A stretch of 64,000 nucleotides of DNA from positions 21,122-85,121 of the forward strand of contig JAQUYN010000001.1 in assembly GCA_028691835.1 (NCBI GenBank), given 5' to 3'. The position numbers were made by a program, and so were the translations under genes. The notes under the pieces are model-generated. The model worked only from the letters and a program-made list of their open reading frames with translations. It searched no databases and was not told the DNA's origin. This DNA is from Alphaproteobacteria bacterium. Lineage in GTDB: Bacteria; Pseudomonadota; Alphaproteobacteria; UBA9219. Of the stretch, positions 36,061 to 45,409 are shown in pieces. The stretch's first letter is position 1; each line of letters begins with the position of its first letter.

Positions 36061-37166
36061 TTGAACCCCAAACTGTTCGTATAGACCTTTCCACATCACC
36101 GCGCGGCTATGACATCATTATCGGCGAGAATATCCTTGCCAATGCCGGAACCTATATTTCGCAACGGATGGGCGAACGTCGCTGTATCATTGTCACGGAT
36201 TCAAACGTTGCCCCTTTATACCTTCAACGCACAGAGGCCGTTTTTGCCACAGCTGCGCATACGCTTCTGCCCTCCATCGTCATGCCTGCTGGAGAATCCT
36301 CTAAAAGCGTCGATGGGCTGCAAACCTTGTTAGGCCAACTTTTTGATCGAGCCCTTGATCGCGAAACCGTTTTGATTGCCCTTGGCGGTGGCGTCATTGG
36401 CGACCTAACAGGCTTTGCCGCCTCTATTGCTTTGCGTGGCCTAAACTTCGTCCAAATCCCCACAACGCTTTTGGCGCAAGTGGACAGTTCCGTCGGCGGC
36501 AAAACAGGCATCAACAGCAGCTATGGCAAAAATACGCTCGGCTCCTTTTATCAACCGCGCCTTGTCCTTGCCGACACATCCACGCTTGACTCTCTACCCG
36601 AACGCCAAATGATGGCGGGCTATGCCGAAGTCGTGAAATACGGATTGATCCATGACCTGGATTTCTTTATGTGGTGCGATGAACATGCCTCGCAGTTGAT
36701 GTTTGGCAATCCCGACATTCGCATTCAAGCTATCAGTAAAAGCTGCGCGTATAAGGCCCAAATCGTCGCTGAAGATGAACGCGAGTCGGGGCGGCGCGCC
36801 CTTCTCAATCTTGGCCACACGTTCGGCCATGCGCTTGAAAGCGTCACAGGATTCAGCGACAAGCTTTTCCATGGCGAAGCCGTCTCTATTGGCACAGTCA
36901 TGGCGTTTGATCTTTCAGCCCAAATGGGCCTGTGCCCCACGCAAGATGCGCAGGCCGTGCGCAACCATCTCATTCGGTTGGGGCTTCCCGTCACGCCGCC
37001 AAACGGAAACTATGACATTGATGAGCTGATGAACTTAATGGCTCAGGACAAAAAAGCATCCCGTGGTAAACTGACCTTAATCCTTACCAAAGGTATCGGC
37101 CAAGCTTTCATAGCCAAAAACGTTGATCCCCAGCCCATCCGCGAGCTTTGGGCCCATACTATTTAA
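36057..37166 (+). CDS. aroB: 3-dehydroquinate synthase
   Basis: GGGVIGDLTGFAASIALRGLNFVQIPTTLLAQVDSSVGGKTGIN...GHTFGHALE. Confidence 0.9.
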   Translation: MIEPQTVRIDLSTSPRGYDIIIGENILANAGTYISQRMGERRCIIVTDSNVAPLYLQRTEAVFATAAHTLLPSIVMPAGESSKSVDGLQTLLGQLFDRALDRETVLIALGGGVIGDLTGFAASIALRGLNFVQIPTTLLAQVDSSVGGKTGINSSYGKNTLGSFYQPRLVLADTSTLDSLPERQMMAGYAEVVKYGLIHDLDFFMWCDEHASQLMFGNPDIRIQAISKSCAYKAQIVAEDERESGRRALLNLGHTFGHALESVTGFSDKLFHGEAVSIGTVMAFDLSAQMGLCPTQDAQAVRNHLIRLGLPVTPPNGNYDIDELMNLMAQDKKASRGKLTLILTKGIGQAFIAKNVDPQPIRELWAHTI

Positions 37167-37265
37167 GCCAAAAAAAATGAGAGGCTCAACATCCCCTTGC
37201 CCGAATCGGTAAAGATTGGAAAACTCAGTCCATATCTTTCTCTCTATCGCAAAGGCAACCCAACG

Positions 37266-37718
37266 ATGAAACCCCCATCCAAACCGCTTTCCCTCCTAAG
37301 CGTCCCCGTATTGCTGACCCTCATTCTGTTTTCAACAGCCCCGTGCTTTGCGAAAACATCCCCCACGGCAACGACAACAGCGACAACCGAAACCGCAGAC
37401 GCAAGCCCAAGCGCACACGACCCTCAGCTGAAGAAAGAAATCGAGTCGCTCCAAGCCAAAATGAAAATCAAGCACGAGAAAATTAAGGGGACGAGAGAAA
37501 AGCTCCGCGCCGAACGCGAAAAGCTCAAACCGGAAATTGAAAGCCTGAAGGCGGATCGCGAAAAGCTGAAGACATTGAAACAACAAGCGAAGGCACGGCG
37601 CGCCGCCCAAAAAACAAGGATGGAAGAAAAAATGGAAACGCGAATGAAGCGCCATAAAGCCAAGCTCGACACCGCGCAAGAAACAACAGCGACAACGCCC
37701 ACCCCCAAACAAGAATAG
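37266..37718 (+). CDS. secreted Lys/Glu-rich coiled-coil protein, unknown function
   Basis: Signal peptide LLSVPVLLTLILFSTAPCFA, then EKLRAEREKLKPEIESLKADREKLK heptad-like repeats. Start set at ATG 37266. Confidence 0.55.
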   Translation: MKPPSKPLSLLSVPVLLTLILFSTAPCFAKTSPTATTTATTETADASPSAHDPQLKKEIESLQAKMKIKHEKIKGTREKLRAEREKLKPEIESLKADREKLKTLKQQAKARRAAQKTRMEEKMETRMKRHKAKLDTAQETTATTPTPKQE

Positions 37719-37733
37719 AAACGATCCCCCCTC

Positions 37734-38132
37734 GTGTCCACGCAACAAACGCCACTCTACCAAGGCCGGGATTGGTTCACTTATCGGTGGATCATCGCAG
37801 AAGCTTTTGACACTCTGGAACGCATGCATGACCTCTGCCTTTGTCAGGACTGGACTGAGGCCGAGGATCAAGCTCATGAGGAAACAACCACGCTGCTTCC
37901 ACTGTTATCTGACTTTGCTTGCGATCTGGCATGCTCGCTTGATCTGGCGTGCGCGGATACGATTCCCGCAACCGAATTTTTCGGCTCGCCAAAACATCGG
38001 TGGAAGTGCAGGGAAATTCAATTGTGGACACAATTTCTGACGAATCAGATCGAAGAACAAACGTTTCAGCCACAGGAACTGGCCTTGATCCTTACAGAAA
38101 TCAAACAACTGATCAGGGCCATCGACATATAA
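37734..38132 (+). CDS. hypothetical protein (132 aa)
   Basis: ORF only; alternative (GTG) start; no motif. Confidence 0.35.
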   Translation: MSTQQTPLYQGRDWFTYRWIIAEAFDTLERMHDLCLCQDWTEAEDQAHEETTTLLPLLSDFACDLACSLDLACADTIPATEFFGSPKHRWKCREIQLWTQFLTNQIEEQTFQPQELALILTEIKQLIRAIDI

Positions 38133-38196
38133 CCAAGGCGCAAACGCGAAACCCTCGCCTTAAGCGGCAAGGAAAGGACGGTCAAAGGACCATTTC

Positions 38197-38505
38197 TTAC
38201 ACTTCTGTTTGGATCGATGCTTGTTCGTCTTTGAATGGCGTCCCATCTGCCGATAAACCAGACCGGAGGTACGCAACAACGGTTTCCGACGGCAGCTGAG
38301 CTGTCTTATCACCAGAGTCCGTCAAATATTCCATGATAAGCACACCTGCGGTCGGATCGACCGTCATACGCGGCGACAAGGGAGCGACCTGCACAACACC
38401 GTTTTCTGCTCCGCCTTGCGAAGCAGGCGCAGTCGTTGTCGCAGCAGCGACTGCGCGTGGCGCACTGCTTACTCCCGATCCAACATTGCCAACTGCTTCA
38501 AACAT
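38197..38505 (-). CDS. FlaG-like flagellar protein
   Basis: RMTVDPTAGVLIMEYLTDSGDKTAQLPSETVVAYLR resembles the FlaG core (f.vd..tg..vv.v.d..tge.i.qiPse..l). It sits in a flagellar neighbourhood. Confidence 0.5.
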   Translation of the reverse strand: MFEAVGNVGSGVSSAPRAVAAATTTAPASQGGAENGVVQVAPLSPRMTVDPTAGVLIMEYLTDSGDKTAQLPSETVVAYLRSGLSADGTPFKDEQASIQTEV

Positions 38506-38894
38506 AATACACCTTGCTGTCTGTAACTTGGTGAGATAACCAAGCCAAGTTCCTTAGCCTTAAAAACGAAACAATCTCATATCCAGAATTAATACGATCC
38601 AAAAAACTTCTAGTCTTCAAGCCACAAACCAAACTATCAACAGTGATCATCATACCACATTTTTTTTCTCTTGACAAGACAATCACGTTGTGGTCCACGG
38701 CAGAAACGAAGGCAAACGGGAGAAGCCTATATTTTTCATGGGGTTTTGCCCAAGAGCCGAACAAGCGACGTTACGGCTATATTCACTCCAAAAGCACAGG
38801 GCGGCATCTCTTAACCCAATTTTATCGTTTTTTTAAGAAAATCTTCAGGATCTGATACCGCCCCCACGATCCGTGAAAAGAAAGTCCGCGCCCA

Positions 38895-40070
38895 ATGCCC
38901 TGCTCTCCAATTGCCCTCACATGGGCCCTTTCAACCATTTCAGGCTATGGCATCTATGGACTGCACCTCTTACAACAATATTTGCGTCGTGGCGGCCCGC
39001 AATTTATCGCGACACATCAACCGGGACGCATTGTACTGCCAGCCCTCACGCTCAAAAAACTCGAACCAACATTGGTTCTCGCGCAAAAAATAGCGCAAGT
39101 GCTTCAGCAAAACGCAAACGAAACCCTCGCCTTCACACATCCCGTATTATACGCCGTTGGCAACGAATGCGCTGGTTTTGAAGGGCAAGATCGTGTACGC
39201 GGCACCGTCAATATTGGCTGCGCGGCAATCGAACATAAAAGCTTTGGTCCTCACGCCCGCGACTATGCAAAAAACTATGATATGTTTATCGCGATCTCGC
39301 GATGGAATGAAACATTTTTACGTGAGGCCGATGTTGGTCCTGTCCACCTTTGCCATCAAGGGATCGACACCACACTTTTTGCGCCGGGGCCAAGTTCCGG
39401 CTTATGGAAAGACAGATTCATCATCTTTTCCGGTGGAAAGTTTGAGTTCCGTAAAGGCCAAGACATTGTTGTCACCGCCTTCAAACGCTTTCAAGAAAGA
39501 CATCCCGAGGCCCTCCTTCTGACCTGCTGGCAAACCTTGCTGCCACAGGACCCGGCCCCCTTTCAAATGGCAGGGCATTGCCAAACGGTCCCCGTCATCG
39601 ATGCTGCGAAAGGGATTCAAATTGCGCCATGGCTTCTTGCTCAGGGCTTGCCACAGGGCAGTTTTCTCGACATCCCCTACACCCCCAATATGCTGATGCC
39701 CTCCATTCTGCGTGAATGTCAGGCTGCCATTTTCCCCAATCGCTGTGAAGGCGGCACAAATCTCGTTGCCATGGAAGCCATGGCCTGCGGCATACCTACG
39801 CTTGTTTCCAACAACACAGGGCAGCGGGACTTGGTGGAACTTTTGGGTTATCCCTCCTTGGGCGAACAGCGCCCCGTCAAAGCCCCGGCAACATATGCCA
39901 ACCTTGATGATTGGGGAGAGACAGACCCCGATGCTGTCGTCGAGAGCCTTGAAAAAATATATACGGACTATGAATCTGCCAAGCGTGAGGCCCTTGTTCT
40001 GGCCGAAAAAACGAAAGCATGGGACTGGGGTCCGCAAAACGAAAAATTACTTCATCTTGTCTGCGACTAA
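38895..40070 (+). CDS. GT-B glycosyltransferase (glycosyl transferases group 1)
   Basis: FPNRCEGGTNLVAMEAMACGIPTLVSNNTGQRDLV is the EX7E-type C-terminal motif. Confidence 0.7.
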   Translation: MPCSPIALTWALSTISGYGIYGLHLLQQYLRRGGPQFIATHQPGRIVLPALTLKKLEPTLVLAQKIAQVLQQNANETLAFTHPVLYAVGNECAGFEGQDRVRGTVNIGCAAIEHKSFGPHARDYAKNYDMFIAISRWNETFLREADVGPVHLCHQGIDTTLFAPGPSSGLWKDRFIIFSGGKFEFRKGQDIVVTAFKRFQERHPEALLLTCWQTLLPQDPAPFQMAGHCQTVPVIDAAKGIQIAPWLLAQGLPQGSFLDIPYTPNMLMPSILRECQAAIFPNRCEGGTNLVAMEAMACGIPTLVSNNTGQRDLVELLGYPSLGEQRPVKAPATYANLDDWGETDPDAVVESLEKIYTDYESAKREALVLAEKTKAWDWGPQNEKLLHLVCD

Positions 40071-40247
40071 ATTTTTATCTGCGGCTCAATTTGTCTGCGC
40101 GCAAATTCGCATTCGGCACTTTTTGCCGGGCAGCCTTTGCCAAATCGAAGATCAATGCGGCAATATTTGCCTACCTGAAGGGCGCAATGATTAACAAGGC
40201 CGCCGCAACACGGCGCAAACCCTCACCTGCCCATTAACGTATTCAGC

Positions 40248-40263
40248 TGGCATGATTCTCGCA
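40248..40263 (+). promoter_or_regulatory. candidate sigma-54 (-24/-12) promoter TGGCAT-N5-TCGCA upstream of flagellin
   Basis: TGGCATGATTCTCGCA has the GG and GC dinucleotides correctly spaced, about 100 nt upstream of flagellin ATG 40367. The inverted repeat CGGCA-N5-TGCCG at 40114..40128 could be an enhancer. Confidence 0.45.
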
Positions 40264-40366
40264 TCCTTGGATGTGCCGTTAAGTTGATTTTCATGAATGA
40301 AAAGCAAAATAGCGACATCAACCTCGCAGAAGGAGTCTGCGTTTACTCTTGAAAGGAGTTCCAACT

Positions 40367-41190
40367 ATGTCTATCGGTGACATCTCCCTGAGCTCATCGC
40401 TCGTTCTAACCTGCTATCGCTTCAGTCAACGTCAAAATTGCTGAGCCAAACGCAGTCCCGTCTTGCTTCTGGTAAGAAGGTAAGTTCTTCGCTTGATAAC
40501 GCATCAGCGTACTTCTCGTCAAAGGGCTTCTTAGATACAGCGAATGACTTGTCAAACTTGAAAGATAGTATGTCAACAGCCATCCAAACGGTTACGGCCG
40601 CCACGGATGCTATTGACTCGATCTCGGATATCATCTCGCAAATGCAAGGTCTTGCTAACTCTGCGCTTCAGACATCTGATGCAACGACACTCGGTGACCT
40701 CGCAACACAGTACAATGATCTTCGCACTCAGATCGATTATCTTGTTGAAGATGCTAAGTTCAACGGTACAAACCTGTTGGATACGACAGTTTCAACAGAG
40801 CTTCAGGTGTTCTTCAATGCCAGCAACTCGACGTCTTTGACCATCGATGCCGTTGATGCGGACTCGACAGGTCTTGGACTAACAGCTGCTGCAAGCAGTT
40901 GGGCTGCCGCTGCGAAGATTCGTACAGACCAATCATTGCTGCAAACAGCTTTGACAACTCTTCGTACCTATTCGTCATCGTTCGGTTCGAACAACACCGT
41001 TCTAACAACGCGTCAGGAATACACGTCAACAATGATCTCCACGCTGCAAACAGCGTCTGATAACTTGACACTTGCTGACACGAACGAAGAAGGCGCAAAC
41101 ATGCAAGCCCTGCAAGCGCAGAGCTCCTTGGGTGTTATTGCCCTTGGTATCTCTGGCACGCAGGCGCAAGCTATCTTGCGGTTGTTCTAA
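40367..41190 (+). CDS. flagellin, reading frame interrupted by an apparent 1-nt deletion near codon 11
   Basis: ATG 40367 (GAAAGGAG SD) encodes MSIGDISLSSS and then hits a stop at 40442. The -1 frame continues ARSNLLSLQSTSKLLSQTQSRLASGKKVSSSLDNASAYF...QAQSSLGVIALGISGTQAQAILRLF, the conserved flagellin N- and C-termini. The ORF track only reports 40438..41190. Confidence 0.75.
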
Positions 41191-41202
41191 GCCTAAAGGG
41201 AC

Positions 41203-41226
41203 GAGCGTGGGGGCAACCCCACGCTC
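41203..41226 (+). terminator. hairpin downstream of flagellin
   Basis: GAGCGTGGGG-gcaa-CCCCACGCTC, a 10-bp stem with a T-poor tail. Confidence 0.45.
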
Positions 41227-41309
41227 AACTCTTCGCGTTTTGGTTCATTTGTTTTATTATGTGTTTTGCGGAGGGAATGAGCCCTCCTTTACATCGAAGG
41301 AGTCGATCT

Positions 41310-41750
41310 ATGCCACTTAAAATTCGCGTCAAGCCTGAAGGCAAAATTTTTGCCGGTGGGGCCGTTCTCAAAAACGTTGGCACGCGCCCTGCCGAGTTAT
41401 TGATCCTCTCAGACAGCCCCGTCTTACGGGATGACTATCTGATGAATGTAGATCGCCGTGACGAATCGGATGCATCAAACATCTATTTTTTACTTCAAGT
41501 TATCTATCTCTTTAAAGGCAAGGGGCAACCCTTGGATGATCTTGTCGTCAATACGCTCAAAAGTTTTTCAATGCTGTACCCAGCGCTGTCGGGCAACGTC
41601 AATGAGATCATCACCCTTTTAGAAGCGGGGGAAGCCTTTAAAGCCCTACGATTAGCGCATACTTTGTTAGCTGCAGAACAAAAACAAGACCCCAGCAAAG
41701 ACACTTTTACACAGCAACCCGCCGAAGTTGAAACTTCGGCCGTGAATTGA
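41310..41750 (+). CDS. flbT: flagellin synthesis repressor FlbT
   Basis: MPLKIRVKPEGKIFAGGAVLKNVGTRPAELLILSDSPVLRDDYLM matches the FlbT N-terminal pattern. GAAGGAG SD. Adjacent to flaF and flagellin. Confidence 0.8.
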   Translation: MPLKIRVKPEGKIFAGGAVLKNVGTRPAELLILSDSPVLRDDYLMNVDRRDESDASNIYFLLQVIYLFKGKGQPLDDLVVNTLKSFSMLYPALSGNVNEIITLLEAGEAFKALRLAHTLLAAEQKQDPSKDTFTQQPAEVETSAVN

Positions 41751-41762
41751 TAGGAGATCACA

Positions 41763-42206
41763 ATGAGCCAGGATAAAGTCGCCGCCTATTCCACGCATCA
41801 ACGGCAAGATGAAACAGTCCGCGAAACGGAAGCGCACGCGCTTTTAAGCTGCGCCAGTCGTCTGGAAACAGCGCGGCAACCTGATTGCTCAAAAGAATTT
41901 TTCACGGATGCCCTGCATCACAATCAACAACTCTGGACTCTGTTCCAAGCTTGCTTGTGCGATCCAGAAAATCCCCTTCCCCGCGACTTAAAAACGCTTT
42001 TGCTGAACCTCAGCTGCTACGTTGACAAAGTCACGTTCCGCGCCATGTCAGAACGCAACACAGACCTATTAAGCGGCCTTATTAGCATCAATCGCACCAT
42101 CGCAGCTGGCCTTCGGCAAAAACCAGAGGGTCAGACAGAACCAGCGACAGCAGCGCCCGTGGTTCCCGAAAACACGTCGCCCACTTCGTTAATGACATCG
42201 GCCTAA
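41763..42206 (+). CDS. flaF: flagellar biosynthesis regulator FlaF
   Basis: RETEAHALLSCASRLE....A...NQQLWTLF......NPLPRDLKTLLLNL is the FlaF pattern; it pairs with flbT. Confidence 0.75.
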   Translation: MSQDKVAAYSTHQRQDETVRETEAHALLSCASRLETARQPDCSKEFFTDALHHNQQLWTLFQACLCDPENPLPRDLKTLLLNLSCYVDKVTFRAMSERNTDLLSGLISINRTIAAGLRQKPEGQTEPATAAPVVPENTSPTSLMTSA

Positions 42207-42374
42207 TACCAACGATCAGATGAAGTGACTCTTTGGGTCACGAGCGGTCGCGAGGAGGAGGACGCTCGCTGGAGCGGAAAAGAAATTACAAACAAGGGTG
42301 AAGCCCAGCAAGCGTCCTGCGAGGCGCGGAGCGAGTGATGTTGGGCTTGCGTTCCGTTCATGCGTTTCTTGGTA
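42207..42374. mobile_element. MITE family 1, diverged copy, TAA target duplication
   Basis: TACCAACGATCAGATGAA..GGGTCACGAGCGGTCGCGAGG...GCGAGGCGCGGAGCGAGTGAT..TCCGTTCAT..TTGGTA, flanked by TAA 42204..42206 (the flaF stop codon) and TAA 42375..42377. Confidence 0.7.
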
Positions 42375-42389
42375 TAATGCCCTTTTGAC

Positions 42390-42426
42390 AAAAACCCCTC
42401 CTTGTTTAAAACAAGGAGGGGTTTTT
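42390..42426. terminator. bidirectional intrinsic terminator (flaF / fabI)
   Basis: AAAAACCCCTCCTTGT-ttaa-ACAAGGAGGGGTTTTT. Confidence 0.8.
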
Positions 42427-42453
42427 GTTATCTCAGCAGTTTTCAAGAAAAGC

Positions 42454-43242
42454 TTATCCCAAAATATGCAATCCACCGTCAACATAAAGCGTTTCGCCCG
42501 TGATTAACTTAGCGGCATCCGTCGCAAGAAGCGCCGTCGCCTGACCAACATCTTCAATCGACACTAAACGCTGCATCGGGGCGCGCTCAGCGGCTTTATC
42601 AAGAAGTTCGTCAAAACGATCAATGCCGCTGGACGCACGCGTTTTAATGGGCCCAGGAGAAATCGCGTGCAGGCGAATACCCTTACCACCAAGTTCAAAC
42701 GCGAGATAACGTACGCACGATTCCAAAGCCGCCTTAACAGGCCCCATAAGATTATAGTGCTCAACAACTTTCTCGGCGCCGTAATAACTCATCGCAAAGA
42801 TGCTACCACCATCCTGCATTAACGGTTCTGCCAAGCGACAGGTGCGTATAAAAGAATGGCATGAAACATCCATGGCCATTGAAAATCCGTCACGCGACGA
42901 ATCTGTCAAGCGCCCATGCAGATCTTCGCGGGGAGCAAAAGCGATAGAGTGAAGCACAAAATCCAAGCGACCCCAACGCTGTTTGATGGTTTCAAAAACA
43001 GACTCAAGCTGCCCCTCTTCACGAACGTCACACGGCAAAAGAAGCTCTGCGCCCAATTGCTCGGCAAGAGGTTCGACATGAGGTTTAGCCTTTTCATTTA
43101 GGTACGTTACGGCAAGATCAGCGCCAAATCTGCGGAAAGCGCTTGCGCAGCCCCAAGCAATAGAGCTGTCATTCGCGATGCCAATAATAAGGCCTTTTTT
43201 GAAGGCCAAAGGGGTCATCATGCCAGGCGTGATGGGAAGCAT
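42454..43242 (-). CDS. fabI: enoyl-ACP reductase FabI
   Basis: GLIIGIANDSSIAWGCA...MSYYGAEKVVEHYNLMGPVKAALE (Y-x6-K)...ISPGPIKT. Start set at ATG 43242, so there is no overlap with motB. Confidence 0.9.
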   Translation of the reverse strand: MLPITPGMMTPLAFKKGLIIGIANDSSIAWGCASAFRRFGADLAVTYLNEKAKPHVEPLAEQLGAELLLPCDVREEGQLESVFETIKQRWGRLDFVLHSIAFAPREDLHGRLTDSSRDGFSMAMDVSCHSFIRTCRLAEPLMQDGGSIFAMSYYGAEKVVEHYNLMGPVKAALESCVRYLAFELGGKGIRLHAISPGPIKTRASSGIDRFDELLDKAAERAPMQRLVSIEDVGQATALLATDAAKLITGETLYVDGGLHILG

Positions 43243-43306
43243 GGGCGTATCCTTTTCAAACTGAGGGAGAGGTAAGTTGAGGTGACGTGAAGAACGAGAA
43301 CTTATT

Positions 43307-44284
43307 TCAAGGTTTATGAGTCGTAGTGGACGGCTTTGGCACCGCATCGGCCGCAGGGGTCTGTCTGAGAAGAACGATACTGATGCGGCGATTGCGTGGA
43401 TCTTTCGGATCAGACATAACAAATGGATCCTTATCTGCCAAGCCTACAACGCGTGCGATACGATTGTCTGCAACACCACCAGCTTGGAGTTCTGCACGAC
43501 TTACATTCGCTCGATCCGTCGAAAGGTCCCAATTGTCACGACGAGAGCCAGCAGCAAACGGACTGCTATCTGTATGCCCGGTGACCGAAATTTTATTTGG
43601 CAAGCGAGAAACAACGGCACCGACCAAGCGCAACAAGTCCCTTCCCTTTTCATAGGGGCTCGAAGAACCGGAAGGGAAAAGAGAGAACTTGTCTTTATCG
43701 ATAATCTGGATCCGCAACCCCTCGGGCGTGCGATCAATAATCAGATGCTGCGCAAGCTCCTTCATGCCGGGAGCCTCCATAATCGACTGCATCAAAGCGC
43801 TTTCCGCTTCTTTAAACTTTTCTTCTTCCTGTTTCATGGCCTCGGCCATCGCAACAGCATCTTTTGTCAAAAGCTCTTGATAGGCCGCCTGTTTGTCGGC
43901 CTCTGACATAGTCTCGCTTTTGCCGGGGACATCCTCTTCGCCCAAATCCCCCTTGCCAGCGGTCGTTGTTGTATCCGCCTCAACACCAGGGGGGGAAGAC
44001 GACGATATTTCGGCCCCACGCGGGGACGTGATGCTTGTCCCCCCCATAACGCCGCCAGACCCGCCTTCGGATCTTGACACGGACATGGGCGCGAAGAAAT
44101 CGGCAATGCCTTTTCGTTGATCAGACGTTGTCACATTCAAAATCCAGAGCAACAAGAAAAAAGACATCATCGCGGTCACGAAATCGGCATAAGCCACTTT
44201 CCATGCGCCGCCATGGTGGCCAGCGTGACCACCCTTCTTCTTGCGTCGGATAATGATAACGGGCTGATTATTATGATCTGCCAT
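43307..44284 (-). CDS. motB: flagellar motor stator protein MotB
   Basis: GGAWKVAYADFVTAMMSFFLLLWI and the OmpA-like C-terminus VTGHTDS...NWDLSTDRANVSR...NRRISIVL. Confidence 0.85.
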   Translation of the reverse strand: MADHNNQPVIIIRRKKKGGHAGHHGGAWKVAYADFVTAMMSFFLLLWILNVTTSDQRKGIADFFAPMSVSRSEGGSGGVMGGTSITSPRGAEISSSSPPGVEADTTTTAGKGDLGEEDVPGKSETMSEADKQAAYQELLTKDAVAMAEAMKQEEEKFKEAESALMQSIMEAPGMKELAQHLIIDRTPEGLRIQIIDKDKFSLFPSGSSSPYEKGRDLLRLVGAVVSRLPNKISVTGHTDSSPFAAGSRRDNWDLSTDRANVSRAELQAGGVADNRIARVVGLADKDPFVMSDPKDPRNRRISIVLLRQTPAADAVPKPSTTTHKP

Positions 44285-44301
44285 CGGTTACATATCCACG
44301 T

Positions 44302-45177
44302 TCATGATGGAGCCGACAAAGCTTGTGTCGCTTCTTCAACTTCAGTGAAGCTGGGACGAACATCGCTTAAGATCGTCTTGCGAGCATACTCAACAGAAAT
44401 AGATGGGGCGAAAGCTTGTAAATGAGCGAGCATGCCTGTCTTCAAACATTGCAAATACCTAGATTCAGCATCCAAGGCGGCCTTGATGCAGACCCCCATC
44501 GGGCCAACAAACCCATAAGCAGTCCACACGCCCATAAAGGTTCCAACAAGCGCGCCGCCGATCAAACGGCCCAAAACCTCTGGGGGTTCGGCAATCGCAC
44601 CCATTGTATGAATAACGCCAAGCACGCACGCCACAATACCGATAGCGGGCATGCCGTCGGCCAACGTTTGGATAGCCCCAACGATGGCCTCATTTTCAGA
44701 ATGATGGACTTCAAGCTCTTCATCCATCAGAGCTTCAATCTCGTACGGTTTGTCTGCGCCCAATGTAAAAAGTCGTAGGTAGTCGCAAAAAAATTCGAGA
44801 GCGTGATGATTCTGCAAAAAGCCGGGGAACGCCTGAAAGATTGAACTTTCTTCGGGATTCTCAACATGAGCTTCAAGAGCAAGCATACCTTTCGTTTTGG
44901 CAAGCTTGAACATCTGGTACATCAAAGACAAAAGCTCAATGTACGAAGCCTTCGTAAATTTTGGTTTTTTGAACAGATGTTTCAAGGACTTCCGCACACC
45001 TGTTTTGACAGCTTTGGGATTTCCGATAATAAAACCACCAGCAGCCGTCCCCCCCATGATCACGATTTCTAAGGGAGCCGACTCGGCTAGAACAGAAATA
45101 TGGCCGCCCGCAGCAACATAGCCACCGAGCGTACAAGCCACCGCCGTCACAACGCCAATAATAAAGTTCAACTGCAT
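44302..45177 (-). CDS. motA: flagellar motor stator protein MotA
   Basis: Four-TM profile with PEVLGRLIGGALVGTFMGVWTAYGFVGP; directly upstream of motB. Start at ATG 45177 (the track starts at TTG 45189). Confidence 0.85.
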   Translation of the reverse strand: MQLNFIIGVVTAVACTLGGYVAAGGHISVLAESAPLEIVIMGGTAAGGFIIGNPKAVKTGVRKSLKHLFKKPKFTKASYIELLSLMYQMFKLAKTKGMLALEAHVENPEESSIFQAFPGFLQNHHALEFFCDYLRLFTLGADKPYEIEALMDEELEVHHSENEAIVGAIQTLADGMPAIGIVACVLGVIHTMGAIAEPPEVLGRLIGGALVGTFMGVWTAYGFVGPMGVCIKAALDAESRYLQCLKTGMLAHLQAFAPSISVEYARKTILSDVRPSFTEVEEATQALSAPS

Positions 45178-45409
45178 CGAAGAAACCAACCAGAAAAGAC
45201 AAATGCATTATTTCGCAAGTCATGGTGAGATAAGCACCATTTTCGTTAACATCGCTTTAACGCTCGAAATGCCTCCCCTTTTTTTCCGTTCCTTCCTGCG
45301 AGAACAACCACACTTTTCTATACCGAAAACAATTGAACGGTCATTCACCTCCTATTAATTATATCTATCGCATAGTTACGGTGTTTTTCTGAGACACAAC
45401 GCAAGGCTT

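Noticed and set aside
45190-45409. Searched for a flp/pilA pilin ORF upstream of cpaA.
   Set aside because: The only ORF there (51 codons, MHYFASHGEISTIF...) lacks the Flp G/xxxxEY processing motif and the hydrophobic core.
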